NCBI GenBank assembly: GCA_963800325.1
Contig: CAWDAQ010000002.1
Span: forward strand, 228,638-292,637
DNA length: 64,000 nucleotides
Source of the DNA: an uncultured Actinomycetota bacterium
GTDB lineage: Bacteria > Actinomycetota > Actinomycetes > Actinomycetales > Dermatophilaceae
Reading direction: 5' to 3'
The notes under the pieces were generated by a model. The model was not told the DNA's origin and ran no database searches. It saw only the letters and a list, made by a program, of their open reading frames with translations. A program made the position numbers and the translations under genes. Below, in pieces: positions 18,053 to 26,331 of the stretch. Every line of letters starts with the position of its first letter. Position 1 is the stretch's first letter.

Positions 18053-19498
18053 GTGGCGACCCACCCACGCGCGCCCGGACCAGCGCCGGATGAGGACTGG
18101 CGCGCCCTCGACGAGGCGGCCGCCGCGGCACGCGCGTGGCTCTCGGGCCGCCGCGACCGGCCGGTGCCCGCGCGGGTCACCGCCGAGGAGGTCGCCGGGG
18201 CGCTCGGCGGGCCCGTGCCCGAGGGACCGAGCGACCCGGCCGACGTCGTCGACGCGCTCGCCGTCGCCGCCGAGCCCGGGCTGACGACGATGAACGGCGG
18301 CAGCTTCTTCGGGTTCGTCATCGGTGGCACCCACCCGGCCGCGCTCGGCGCCGACTGGCTCGTCTCCACCTGGGACCAGAACAGCGCGCTGCGCACCGTC
18401 ACCCCCGCCGTCGCCGCCGTCGAGGACGTCGCCGCCCGGTGGGTCCTCGACCTGCTCGACCTGCCTCGGGGCGCCGCGCTCGGGTTCACCACCGGCGCGA
18501 CCACCGCCAACCTCACCTGCCTCGCCGCGGCCCGCGACGCCGTCCTCGAACGCCACGGCTGGGACGTCTCGCGGCGCGGGCTCGCCGGCGGGCCCGCGGT
18601 TCGGGTCCTCGTCGGCGAGGAGAGCCACACCAGCGTCCAGCTCGCGCTGCGGGTCCTCGGCCTCGGCGCCCCGGAGCGGGTCCCGGCCGACGCCGCCGGC
18701 CGCATCCGCGCCGACGCGCTCGCCGAGGCGCTGGACGCCCCGCCCGACGGAGCCCCCTCGACCCGCCCCACCGTCGTCGTGCTCCAGGCCGGGAACATCC
18801 ACTCCGGGGCGTTCGACCCGGTCGCGGAGGCGGTCGAGGTCGCCCACCGCCACGGCGCGTGGGCCCACGTCGACGGGGCCTTCGGCCTGTTCGCCCGCGC
18901 CGTGCCCGCGCTGTCCCACCTCGTCACGGGCATCGACCGTGCCGACTCGTGGGCCACCGACGCCCACAAGACCCTCAACGTCCCCTACGACTGCGGCATC
19001 GCCGTCGTCGCCGACCCCACGGTCCTGCGGCGCGCCATGGGCGCCCCGGCGGAGTACCTCGTCGCGGACGACGCGGGGGACCCCTACGAGCGGGTGCCCG
19101 AGATCTCCCGCCGGGCCCGCGGGGTCCCGGTCTGGGCGGTCCTGCGTAGCCTGGGACGCTCCGGCGTCGCCGACCTCGTCGAGGGCTTCTGCCGCCACGC
19201 CACCGACTTCGCCGCCGGCCTGTCCGCGATGCCCGGGGTCGAGGTGCTCAACGAGGTCGTGTTCACCCAGGTCTGTGCCTCCTTCGGCAGCGACGAGCGC
19301 ACCCGCGGCGTCGTGTCCGGCGTCCTTGCCGACGGCGCGACGTGGATGACCGGGTCGCGCTGGCACGACCGGGAGGTGCTGCGGGTGTCGGTGTGCGACC
19401 GGGCGACGACGAGTGCGCACGTGGACGCGGCGCTCGACGCCGTCCGCCGGGTCCTCGCCGGGATGCCCGCGGGCGACGGGCCCCTCGGGCCGCAGTGA
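18053..19498 (+). CDS. Pyridoxal-phosphate-dependent decarboxylase (group II fold-type I), substrate unknown
   Basis: GTG 18053 follows GAGGGAGG. The PLP-lysine region is SWATDAHKTLNVPYDCG and a GTTGATTANL block is present. Only the C-terminal 481 aa of the 1195-aa tracked ORF look coding. Confidence 0.8.
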   Translation: MATHPRAPGPAPDEDWRALDEAAAAARAWLSGRRDRPVPARVTAEEVAGALGGPVPEGPSDPADVVDALAVAAEPGLTTMNGGSFFGFVIGGTHPAALGADWLVSTWDQNSALRTVTPAVAAVEDVAARWVLDLLDLPRGAALGFTTGATTANLTCLAAARDAVLERHGWDVSRRGLAGGPAVRVLVGEESHTSVQLALRVLGLGAPERVPADAAGRIRADALAEALDAPPDGAPSTRPTVVVLQAGNIHSGAFDPVAEAVEVAHRHGAWAHVDGAFGLFARAVPALSHLVTGIDRADSWATDAHKTLNVPYDCGIAVVADPTVLRRAMGAPAEYLVADDAGDPYERVPEISRRARGVPVWAVLRSLGRSGVADLVEGFCRHATDFAAGLSAMPGVEVLNEVVFTQVCASFGSDERTRGVVSGVLADGATWMTGSRWHDREVLRVSVCDRATTSAHVDAALDAVRRVLAGMPAGDGPLGPQ

Positions 19499-19622
19499 GC
19501 CAGCCGCCTCGAAGAGGTCGCCGGGCGGCGTACATCCTGCATCGCAGCGCCGCATCCGCCGGATCATCTGCGGTGCGCACGCCGACGTGCCGGAACATCG
19601 TCGGCGCCCGGGCGTCCGTCGT

Positions 19623-19631
19623 TGGTAGTGT
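19623..19631 (+). promoter_or_regulatory. Extended -10 (TGG TAGTGT) for leaderless kamD
   Basis: TAGTGT (19626-19631) is preceded by TGn and ends 6 nt before GTG 19638. Confidence 0.45.
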
Positions 19632-19637
19632 CACGGT

Positions 19638-21236
19638 GTGGCCAGCCGTCCCAAGCCCCTCCTCGAGCTCGACCCGGCGACCGTCCGCCGGGCGCGCACC
19701 CTCGCCCGCCGCGCGGGCCGACCCGTCGTCGACCTCGCCCGGAGCCACACCACCGTCTCGGTCGAGCGCGCGACGCTGCGCCTGGCCGGCCTCGCCGGGG
19801 CCGACCACGAGCGGGTGCCGTGGGTGAACCACCTCGTCGACGCCGTCCGTGACGACGTGGGCCTCGAGCACGGGGTGACCACGCCGGTGTGGGACGCCCT
19901 CGCCCGCGAGGATGCCCCGGACCTGCTCACCCTCGCGCAGAAGGCCTCGAGCGGCTCGGTCACCTTCCGCCTCCCCGAGGGCCGGGACGCCACCCGGGCC
20001 CGGCGACGGGCCCGGGTGGCCGTCGCCGCCGGGGTCCGCCGGCTCGACCGGCAGCGGGCCGCCCGGGACCGGCTCGTCGCCCGGCACGGCGACCCGCCGC
20101 GCACGCCGTGGGTCTACCTCATCGTCGCGACCGGCGACATCCACGAGGACATCCCGCAGGCCCAGGCCGCCGCCCGGGCCGGGGCCGACGTCATCGCCGT
20201 CATCCGCAGCACCGGGCAGTCGCTGCTCGACTACGTCCCCGAGGGCGCGACCCGGGAGGGGTACGCCGGCACCTATGCCACCCAGGAGAACTTCCGGCTC
20301 ATGCGGGCCGCACTCGACGAGACCAGCGCCGAGCTCGGCAGGTACGTCCGGCTGACGAACTACGCCAGCGGGCTGTGCATGCCCGAGATCGCCGCGCTCG
20401 CGGGGCTCGAGCGGCTCGACATGATGCTCAACGACTCGATGTACGGGATCCTCTTCCGCGACATCAACCCGGTGCGCACGTTCGTCGACCAGCGCTTCTC
20501 CCGGCAGGTGCACGCCCGGGCCGGGATCATCATCAACACCGGCGAGGACAACTACCTCACCACCGCGGACGCGGTCGAGGCCGCCCACACGGTGACCGTG
20601 AGCCAGCTGCTCAACGAGTACTTCGCCAAGGAGGCCGGCCTCGCCGACCACCAGCTCGGGCTCGGGCACGCGTTCGAGATCAACCCCGAGCTGCCCGACA
20701 GCTTCCGGATGGAGCTGGCCCACGCCCTCCTCGCCCGGCAGCTGTTCCCGAAGGCGCCGCTGAAGTGGATGCCGCCGACGAAGCACATGACCGGCGACGT
20801 CTTCCGCGGCTACCTGCTCGACGGCTTCTTCAACCTCGCCGGGGCGATGACGGGCCAGAGCATCCTCCTGGTCGGGATGATGACCGAGGCGGTCGTGACC
20901 CCCTGGCTGTCCGACCGGGACCTCGCGCTGAAGAACGTCCGCTACGTCCTCGACGCCGCGGGCGGGCTCACCGAGGACTTCCACCCGCCCCGGGACGGGT
21001 TCATCCAGGCCCGGGCCCGTCAGGTCCTCGACGAGGCCGTCGACCTGCTCGAGCACATCGTCGGGGACCGCTCGGTGCCCGGGCAGGCGCCGCTGCTGTC
21101 CGCGATCGGGGACGGCACGTTCGGGCTCATGCGCCGGCCCGCCGACGCCGGCAAGGGCATGGACGGGGTCGTCCGGCGGGCCGAGGACTACGACAACCCC
21201 GCGAGCACCCTCCTCGAGACGGGAGAGACCCGATGA
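19638..21236 (+). CDS. kamD: Lysine 5,6-aminomutase alpha subunit (beta-lysine/D-lysine 5,6-aminomutase KamD)
   Basis: 532 aa with the N-terminal TTVSVERATLRLAGL block and TIM-barrel blocks (NYASGLCMPEIA, IIINTGEDNYLTT, KWMPPTKHMTGD). Confidence 0.85.
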   Translation: MASRPKPLLELDPATVRRARTLARRAGRPVVDLARSHTTVSVERATLRLAGLAGADHERVPWVNHLVDAVRDDVGLEHGVTTPVWDALAREDAPDLLTLAQKASSGSVTFRLPEGRDATRARRRARVAVAAGVRRLDRQRAARDRLVARHGDPPRTPWVYLIVATGDIHEDIPQAQAAARAGADVIAVIRSTGQSLLDYVPEGATREGYAGTYATQENFRLMRAALDETSAELGRYVRLTNYASGLCMPEIAALAGLERLDMMLNDSMYGILFRDINPVRTFVDQRFSRQVHARAGIIINTGEDNYLTTADAVEAAHTVTVSQLLNEYFAKEAGLADHQLGLGHAFEINPELPDSFRMELAHALLARQLFPKAPLKWMPPTKHMTGDVFRGYLLDGFFNLAGAMTGQSILLVGMMTEAVVTPWLSDRDLALKNVRYVLDAAGGLTEDFHPPRDGFIQARARQVLDEAVDLLEHIVGDRSVPGQAPLLSAIGDGTFGLMRRPADAGKGMDGVVRRAEDYDNPASTLLETGETR

Positions 21237-22015
21237 GCGCCCACCTCGTCCGGCCCTACGGGGACACCACCGGCGACGGCATGGTCCAGACCTCCTTCAC
21301 CCTCCCGGTGCCCCACGACAAGCGGGCCGAGGGCGCCGCGCTCCAGCTCGCCGCGAAGATGGGCCTCGACCCCGCGCTGCTGGTCCACGCGGCGCCGGTG
21401 GGGGAGCGGCACACGTTCTTCGTCGTCTACGGCAGCGTCACCCACCTGGTCGACCTCGACGCGGTCGAGGTCGCCGAGCGGGACTACCCGCTGCTCACCC
21501 CCAAGGAGGTCAACGCCGCCATCCGGACGCGGCTGGCCCGCAAGCTGGTCGTCGTCGGCGCGTGCATCGGGACCGACGCGCACACCGTCGGCATCGACGC
21601 GATCCTCAACATCAAGGGCTTCGCCGGCGAGAAGGGGCTGGAGTACTACCGCGAGATCAAGGTGGTCAACCTCGGGGCCCAGGTCCTCGTCCCCGAGCTC
21701 GTCGAGCGCGCCCGGGCCGAGCAGGCCGACGCCGTGCTCACCAGCCAGGTCGTCACCCAGCGCGACGCCCACGTCCACAACACGACGGCGATGTCGGCCG
21801 CGTTCCGCGAGGCCTACCCGGCCGGGAAGGTGCCGCTCCTCGTCGTCGGCGGCCCGAGGTTCGAGGAGGGCTCGGCCGCCCGCCTCGGCGTCGACCGGGT
21901 CTTCGGCCGGGGCACGACCCCGGGGGAGGTCGCGAGCTACCTCGTCCACGCGATCCTCGGTGGTGACCGCGGGGCCCCCGGTGGGGCCGGCGCCCCGGGA
22001 CGGAGGTCGGCATGA
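21233..22015 (+). CDS. kamE: Lysine 5,6-aminomutase beta subunit (B12-binding, KamE)
   Basis: ATGA overlap with kamD. The cobalamin DxHxxG motif (GTDAHTVGID) and the following ILNIKG PLP-lysine region are present. Confidence 0.85.
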   Translation: MSAHLVRPYGDTTGDGMVQTSFTLPVPHDKRAEGAALQLAAKMGLDPALLVHAAPVGERHTFFVVYGSVTHLVDLDAVEVAERDYPLLTPKEVNAAIRTRLARKLVVVGACIGTDAHTVGIDAILNIKGFAGEKGLEYYREIKVVNLGAQVLVPELVERARAEQADAVLTSQVVTQRDAHVHNTTAMSAAFREAYPAGKVPLLVVGGPRFEEGSAARLGVDRVFGRGTTPGEVASYLVHAILGGDRGAPGGAGAPGRRSA

Positions 22016-22398
22016 CCGCCGCGGAGGTCGGGGCCCGGGTGACGCACCGGCGCTACGTGCCGTACTCGCACGCCCACTACGCCGGCGACCTCGTCGACGG
22101 GGCGTACTCCCTCGCAGCCTTCGGCGACGTCGCCACCGAGATGTGCATCCGCACCGACGGGGACGAGGGGCTGTTCGCGTCCTACTCCGACGTCCAGTTC
22201 CGCGCGCCCGTCCGGGCCGGGGACGTCCTCGAGGTCGAGGCGACCCTCGTCCGGGTGGGCCGCCGCAGCCGGGAGATGGAGTTCGAGGCCCGGGTCGTCG
22301 CCCGGGGGGCCCCCGAGCGGGGCGCGTCCGCGGCCGAGGTGCTCGACCCGCCCGTCGTCGCGACCACCGCGCGCGGAGTCGTCGTCGTCCCCGCGTGA
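22012..22398 (+). CDS. kal: Hotdog-fold protein, probable 3-aminobutyryl-CoA ammonia-lyase (Kal)
   Basis: 128 aa with an ATGA overlap with kamE. The call rests on a hotdog-like block (GDVATEMCIRTDGDEGLFASYSDVQFRAPVRAGDVLE) and its position after kamDE. Confidence 0.6.
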   Translation: MTAAEVGARVTHRRYVPYSHAHYAGDLVDGAYSLAAFGDVATEMCIRTDGDEGLFASYSDVQFRAPVRAGDVLEVEATLVRVGRRSREMEFEARVVARGAPERGASAAEVLDPPVVATTARGVVVVPA

Positions 22399-22402
22399 GC
22401 GA

Positions 22403-22422
22403 CCCGGGCCGGGGGGCCCGGG
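22403..22422 (+). terminator. Short GC hairpin after kal
   Basis: CCCGGGCC pairs with GGCCCGGG across a GGGG loop. There is no U-tract. Confidence 0.3.
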
Positions 22423-22449
22423 CGGGGACAGCCGCCGAGGCAGCCGGGA

Positions 22450-22455
22450 TACCGT
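22450..22455 (+). promoter_or_regulatory. -10 box TACCGT for leaderless lnt
   Basis: It ends 6 nt before GTG 22462. Confidence 0.4.
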
Positions 22456-22461
22456 GGACGG

Positions 22462-24084
22462 GTGAATCGACGCCCCGACCGCGCGCCCGTGCGGCCCGCC
22501 GTGCTCGGCGCGCCGCTCCTCGTGCGCGCCGTGCTCGCCGTCGGGGCGGGACTGCTGCTCTGGCTCGCCTTCCCCGGTCCCGACCTGTGGTGGTGCGCCC
22601 CGCTCGGGGTCGCCGCGTTCGCGGCGGCGACCCTCGGCGCGAGCCTGCCGCGGGCGTTCGTGCTCGGGCTGCTCGGCGGGCTCGCGTTCTTCGTCCCCAC
22701 CCTGTCGTGGTCGGGGATCTACGTCGGGGACCTGCCGTGGTTCGCGCTCGCCACGACCGAGGCGCTCTACCTCGCGGTCATGTCCGTCGGTGTCGGCTGG
22801 GTGTGGCGCCGGCTCGCCCGTCGCGGCCGCCCCGGGGTCGGGCTCCTCGCGGTCCCGCTCGGCTGGGTGCTGCAGGAGCTGGTCCGCGGCACCGTCCCGT
22901 TCGGCGGGTTCCCGTGGGCCAGGCTCGCGTTCAGCCAGGCCGACGGGCCGCTCGTCCGGCTCGCCGCCTGGGGCGGGGCCCCGCTGGTCTCGTTCGCCGT
23001 GGCCGCGACCGGCGCGGCGGTGCTCGGGCTCGTCTGGTTCGCCCGCCCCCTCGCTCCGCGTGCCCTCGCCACCGCGCTCGCGCTGGCCGTGGCGACCCCG
23101 CTGCTCGGGTTCGCGGTCACCCTGCCGACCTCCGGCCGGCACGAGCGGATCGCGCTGGTCCAGGGGGACGTCCCCCGGCCCGGGCTCGACTTCAACGCCG
23201 AGCGCCGCAAGGTGCTCGACAACCACGTCGCGGGGACCTTCCGGCTGGCCCGCAGCGACCGGGGTCCGTTCGCGCTCGTCGTCTGGCCCGAGAACGCCTC
23301 GGACATCGACCCGCTGCGCAACCCGGACGCGGCCTCGGAGATCGCCGCGGCCGTGCAGGCCGTGCACGCCCCCATCCTGCTCGGCGCGATCCTCGACGAG
23401 CCGTCGCCGAAGGTCTCCAACGCCTCGCTGTTCTACCGGCCCGGGCACACCGCCACCCCGCAGCGCTACGTCAAGCAGCACCCGGTCCCGTTCGCCGAGT
23501 ACGTCCCCTACAAGAGCTTCTTCCGGCTCTTCACGGACAAGGTCGACCTCGTCCGGGAGGGGTTCGCGGCGGGCAGCGGCCCGGGGGCGTTCCGGGTCGG
23601 CTCCGGCAGCGCGTCCTGGTGGGCCGTCCCGACGATCTGCTTCGAGGTGGCCTACGACGACCTCGTCCGGGACTCGGTCACCCAGCCCGGCAGGCGCGAC
23701 AACGTCATCGTCGTCCAGACGAACAACGCGACGTTCGGGTACTCGGCCGAGTCCGAGCAGCAGTTCGCGATCTCCCGGCTGCGCGCGATCGAGCACGGCC
23801 GGACCGTCGCGCACGTCTCGACGGTCGGGGTCAGCGCCATCATCGACCCCGACGGCACCTACCAGCGCAAGACGAGCCTCTTCACCCCCGACCAGGTCGT
23901 CGGGGACGCCGTCGTGCGCGGCTCGCTCACGCTCGCCGACAGGCTCGGCGGGCTGCCCGAGGCCGCCGCGGGCCTCGCGATGCTGCTTCTCGCAATCGCC
24001 GGAACCAAGCGGGTCCGCTCGGATACCGTCGGAGGTGACGACGCTCCCTCCGACGACGCCGACAAGGAAGTGCTCCGTGTCTGA
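22462..24084 (+). CDS. lnt: Apolipoprotein N-acyltransferase
   Basis: An N-terminal polytopic membrane domain is followed by a CN-hydrolase domain (VVWPENASD, ICFEVAYDD). Confidence 0.85.
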   Translation: MNRRPDRAPVRPAVLGAPLLVRAVLAVGAGLLLWLAFPGPDLWWCAPLGVAAFAAATLGASLPRAFVLGLLGGLAFFVPTLSWSGIYVGDLPWFALATTEALYLAVMSVGVGWVWRRLARRGRPGVGLLAVPLGWVLQELVRGTVPFGGFPWARLAFSQADGPLVRLAAWGGAPLVSFAVAATGAAVLGLVWFARPLAPRALATALALAVATPLLGFAVTLPTSGRHERIALVQGDVPRPGLDFNAERRKVLDNHVAGTFRLARSDRGPFALVVWPENASDIDPLRNPDAASEIAAAVQAVHAPILLGAILDEPSPKVSNASLFYRPGHTATPQRYVKQHPVPFAEYVPYKSFFRLFTDKVDLVREGFAAGSGPGAFRVGSGSASWWAVPTICFEVAYDDLVRDSVTQPGRRDNVIVVQTNNATFGYSAESEQQFAISRLRAIEHGRTVAHVSTVGVSAIIDPDGTYQRKTSLFTPDQVVGDAVVRGSLTLADRLGGLPEAAAGLAMLLLAIAGTKRVRSDTVGGDDAPSDDADKEVLRV

Positions 24085-24877
24085 ACTCAGCCAGGCCCCG
24101 GTGGCCGTGGACCGGTCGCCGGTGCACTCCGTCCTCGTGCTGGTGCCGACGTACAACGAGCGGGAGAACCTGCCCGGCACCCTGGGGCGGGTGCGCGCGG
24201 CCGTGCCGGACGCCGACGTCCTCGTGCTCGACGACAACTCCCCGGACGGGACGGGTGAGGTCGCCGACGCCCTGGCGGTCTCCGACCCTGCCGTCCACGT
24301 CCTGCACCGCAGGGGCAAGGAGGGCCTCGGCGCGGCCTACCTCGCCGGCTTCGCGTGGGCGCTCGAGCGCGGCTACGACGTCGCCGTCGAGCTCGACGCC
24401 GACGGGTCGCACCCGCCGGAGCACCTGCCCGACATGCTCGCGGCCGCGAAGGACGCCGACCTCGTCATCGGCTCGCGGTGGGTCCCCGGCGGCCGGGTCG
24501 TCAACTGGCCCTGGTACCGCAAGGTGCTCAGCGTCGGCGGGAACGCCTACGCCCGCGTGCTGCTCGGCATCGACGTCCACGACGCGACCGCCGGCTACCG
24601 GGTCTACCGGATGTCGGCGCTGCAGCACATCGGGCTCGAGGACGTCGAGTCGCAGGGGTACTGCTTCCAGGTCGACCTCACCCGGAGGGCGGTGCGCTCC
24701 GGGCTGCGGGTCGTCGAGGTCCCGATCACGTTCGTCGAGCGGACCGTGGGCCAGTCGAAGATGAGCAACGACATCGTCAGGGAGGCGCTGACCCGCATCC
24801 TCGTGTGGGGGGTGCAGCACCGGTTGGGCCAGCTGCGCCGTGCCGTCCTGCCAGGGAACGCGTGGCACCGGACGTAG
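24077..24877 (+). CDS. ppm1: Polyprenol-phosphate mannosyltransferase (GT2, Ppm1)
   Basis: The GTG start overlaps the lnt end by 8 nt. GT2 motifs are present (VLVPTYNEREN, VLDDNSPDGT, ELDADGSH). It follows lnt, whereas the two domains are fused in M. tuberculosis Rv2051c. Confidence 0.85.
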   Translation: MSELSQAPVAVDRSPVHSVLVLVPTYNERENLPGTLGRVRAAVPDADVLVLDDNSPDGTGEVADALAVSDPAVHVLHRRGKEGLGAAYLAGFAWALERGYDVAVELDADGSHPPEHLPDMLAAAKDADLVIGSRWVPGGRVVNWPWYRKVLSVGGNAYARVLLGIDVHDATAGYRVYRMSALQHIGLEDVESQGYCFQVDLTRRAVRSGLRVVEVPITFVERTVGQSKMSNDIVREALTRILVWGVQHRLGQLRRAVLPGNAWHRT

Positions 24878-25404
24878 CCGGGGGACCGCCGCCGCGTCGC
24901 CGGCGACGCCCGAGGTGGCCCGCGCTGGTCTTCGCGGGCCTGCTGACGGTGCCGCTGGTCGAGATCGCCGTCATCATCGCCGTCGGCCGCGCCATCGGGG
25001 GCTGGCCGACGTTCCTGCTGCTCCTGCTCGAGTCGCTGCTCGGCGCGTGGCTGGTCCGGCGCGAGGGCTCCCGCGCCTGGCAGGCGCTGCAGACGGCGCT
25101 GCGCACCGGGCAGATGCCGAGCCGGGAGCTCGCCGACGCCGCGCTGGTCCTCGTGGGCGGGACGCTCCTGCTCACTCCCGGCTTCGTCACCGACGCCGTC
25201 GGGTTCGTCTTCGTGCTGCCCTTCACCCGCCCGCTGACCCGCGGCCTGCTCGAGAGCGCGGTGCGCCGCCGGCTGCTCGGCGGCGTGTTCTGGGGGCCGG
25301 GCGGGCCGCCGCCCGGCGGTCCGGGAGGTCCTGGAGGCGGTGGCCGGAGCCGCCGCGGGCCGGACGACGACGGCGGGGACGTCGTCGAGGGCGAGGTCAT
25401 CTGA
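24862..25404 (+). CDS. fxsA: FxsA-family membrane protein
   Basis: The FxsA-like core is LTVPLVEIAVIIAVGRAIG...LLLTPGFVTDAVGFVFVLP, followed by a Gly/Pro-rich tail. The start is uncertain; GTG 24862 overlaps the ppm1 end. Confidence 0.65.
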   Translation: MAPDVAGGPPPRRRRRPRWPALVFAGLLTVPLVEIAVIIAVGRAIGGWPTFLLLLLESLLGAWLVRREGSRAWQALQTALRTGQMPSRELADAALVLVGGTLLLTPGFVTDAVGFVFVLPFTRPLTRGLLESAVRRRLLGGVFWGPGGPPPGGPGGPGGGGRSRRGPDDDGGDVVEGEVI

Positions 25405-25449
25405 GCGCGTCCGGTGGTCGGCGGCCCACCCCGAGGGGCACCCCCGGCT

Positions 25450-25494
25450 TGCGTCCGCAGGGACGGTCGCAGGGGAGCTGAGTCTGCGGACGCA
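25450..25494 (+). terminator. 11-bp hairpin downstream of fxsA
   Basis: TGCGTCCGCAG pairs with CTGCGGACGCA across a 23-nt loop. Confidence 0.35.
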
Positions 25495-25601
25495 GGCGGG
25501 TCAGTGGAGGAGGGTCACGCGACGTCCGCGGTCCGGCCGGGCCCGCTCACAGGCGCTTGGGCGGCCGCCACCTCCCCCCGACGCACACCCCGGAGAGACA
25601 C

Positions 25602-25641
25602 GACGGAGGCCGGACCCGATGACTCGGGTCCGGCCTCCGTC
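25602..25641 (-). terminator. 18-bp perfect hairpin downstream of rbpA
   Basis: GACGGAGGCCGGACCCGA pairs with TCGGGTCCGGCCTCCGTC across a 4-nt loop. It lies about 75 nt past the rbpA stop. Confidence 0.5.
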
Positions 25642-25713
25642 GGTCGGGGCGCGTCGGTGGGGACGTGGTCCCCCGCGCGGTCGCCCTGCGTCGGCGCGGC
25701 GCGCCGAACGGCG

Positions 25714-26070
25714 TCAGGCGGTCTTGTTCTTGCGGTGCTCGCCGCGGGAGGCGCGCAGCAGCGTCAGCCGCTCCTCGAGGAGCTCCTCGAGCTCGGGGAT
25801 CGAGCGGCGCTCGAGCAGCATGTCCCAGTGGGTCCGGGTCGGCTTGGTGGCCTTCTTCTCCGGCTCCGGGCCGTCGACGAGCTTCGCCTCGGCGCCGCAG
25901 CGGCACTCCCACGTCGAGGGGACGTCGGCCTCGACCGAGAACGGCAGCTCGGTCTTGTGGCCTTGCGGGCACGCGTACGCCGTGATGCGACGCTCGCTGG
26001 GGACCACGTTCTCCTCGGTCTCCATGCTGAACGTGACCATGCGCGTGCCACGAAGTGTGCGGTCTGCCAT
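25714..26070 (-). CDS. rbpA: RNA polymerase-binding protein RbpA
   Basis: 118 aa (MADRTLRGTRMVTFSMETEE...YACPQGHKTELPFSVEADVPSTWECRCG...RTHWDMLLERRSIPELEELL), characteristic of RbpA. Confidence 0.9.
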   Translation of the reverse strand: MADRTLRGTRMVTFSMETEENVVPSERRITAYACPQGHKTELPFSVEADVPSTWECRCGAEAKLVDGPEPEKKATKPTRTHWDMLLERRSIPELEELLEERLTLLRASRGEHRKNKTA

Positions 26071-26140
26071 GAGGGGATCTCCCAACCAACGATGTCGTCC
26101 CCGACGCGCGGGTGGCGTCGCGGGGCTTCTACATGGCGAT

Positions 26141-26166
26141 AACGAGAGGTCCATCGACAATGTTCC
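26141..26166 (-). promoter_or_regulatory. ECF sigma (SigR/SigH/SigE-type) promoter GGAAC-N18-GTT upstream of rbpA
   Basis: The minus strand reads GGGCGGAACATTGTCGATGGACCTCTCGTT about 70 nt upstream of the rbpA ATG. Confidence 0.45.
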
Positions 26167-26220
26167 GCCCCACCTGCGGTCGATCCCCCGAGTGTGACGC
26201 CTCTCACACACCTTCTCAAA

Positions 26221-26297
26221 CCGCACTTCGTGCCCGGTTGGCCGCGCGAACCGGGCGGAACGCCGGTTGCCCGCGGCCAACCGGGCACGAAGTGCGG
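26221..26297 (-). terminator. 26-bp perfect inverted repeat with a nested 6-bp helix; probable terminator of the MFS gene or a palindromic element
   Basis: The arm at 26221-26246 is the exact reverse complement of 26272-26297. The 25-nt loop itself pairs AACCGG with CCGGTT. The minus-strand 3' flank is TTTGAG. Confidence 0.5.
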
Positions 26298-26331
26298 ATT
26301 TCGGGGGTGGCTCGGGTGGGGGAGGGGAGGG

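Noticed and set aside
24355-24861. Long N-terminal extension of the fxsA ORF
   Set aside because: It overlaps ppm1 in another frame and translates to Arg/Pro/Gly-rich sequence. The FxsA core starts near 24900.
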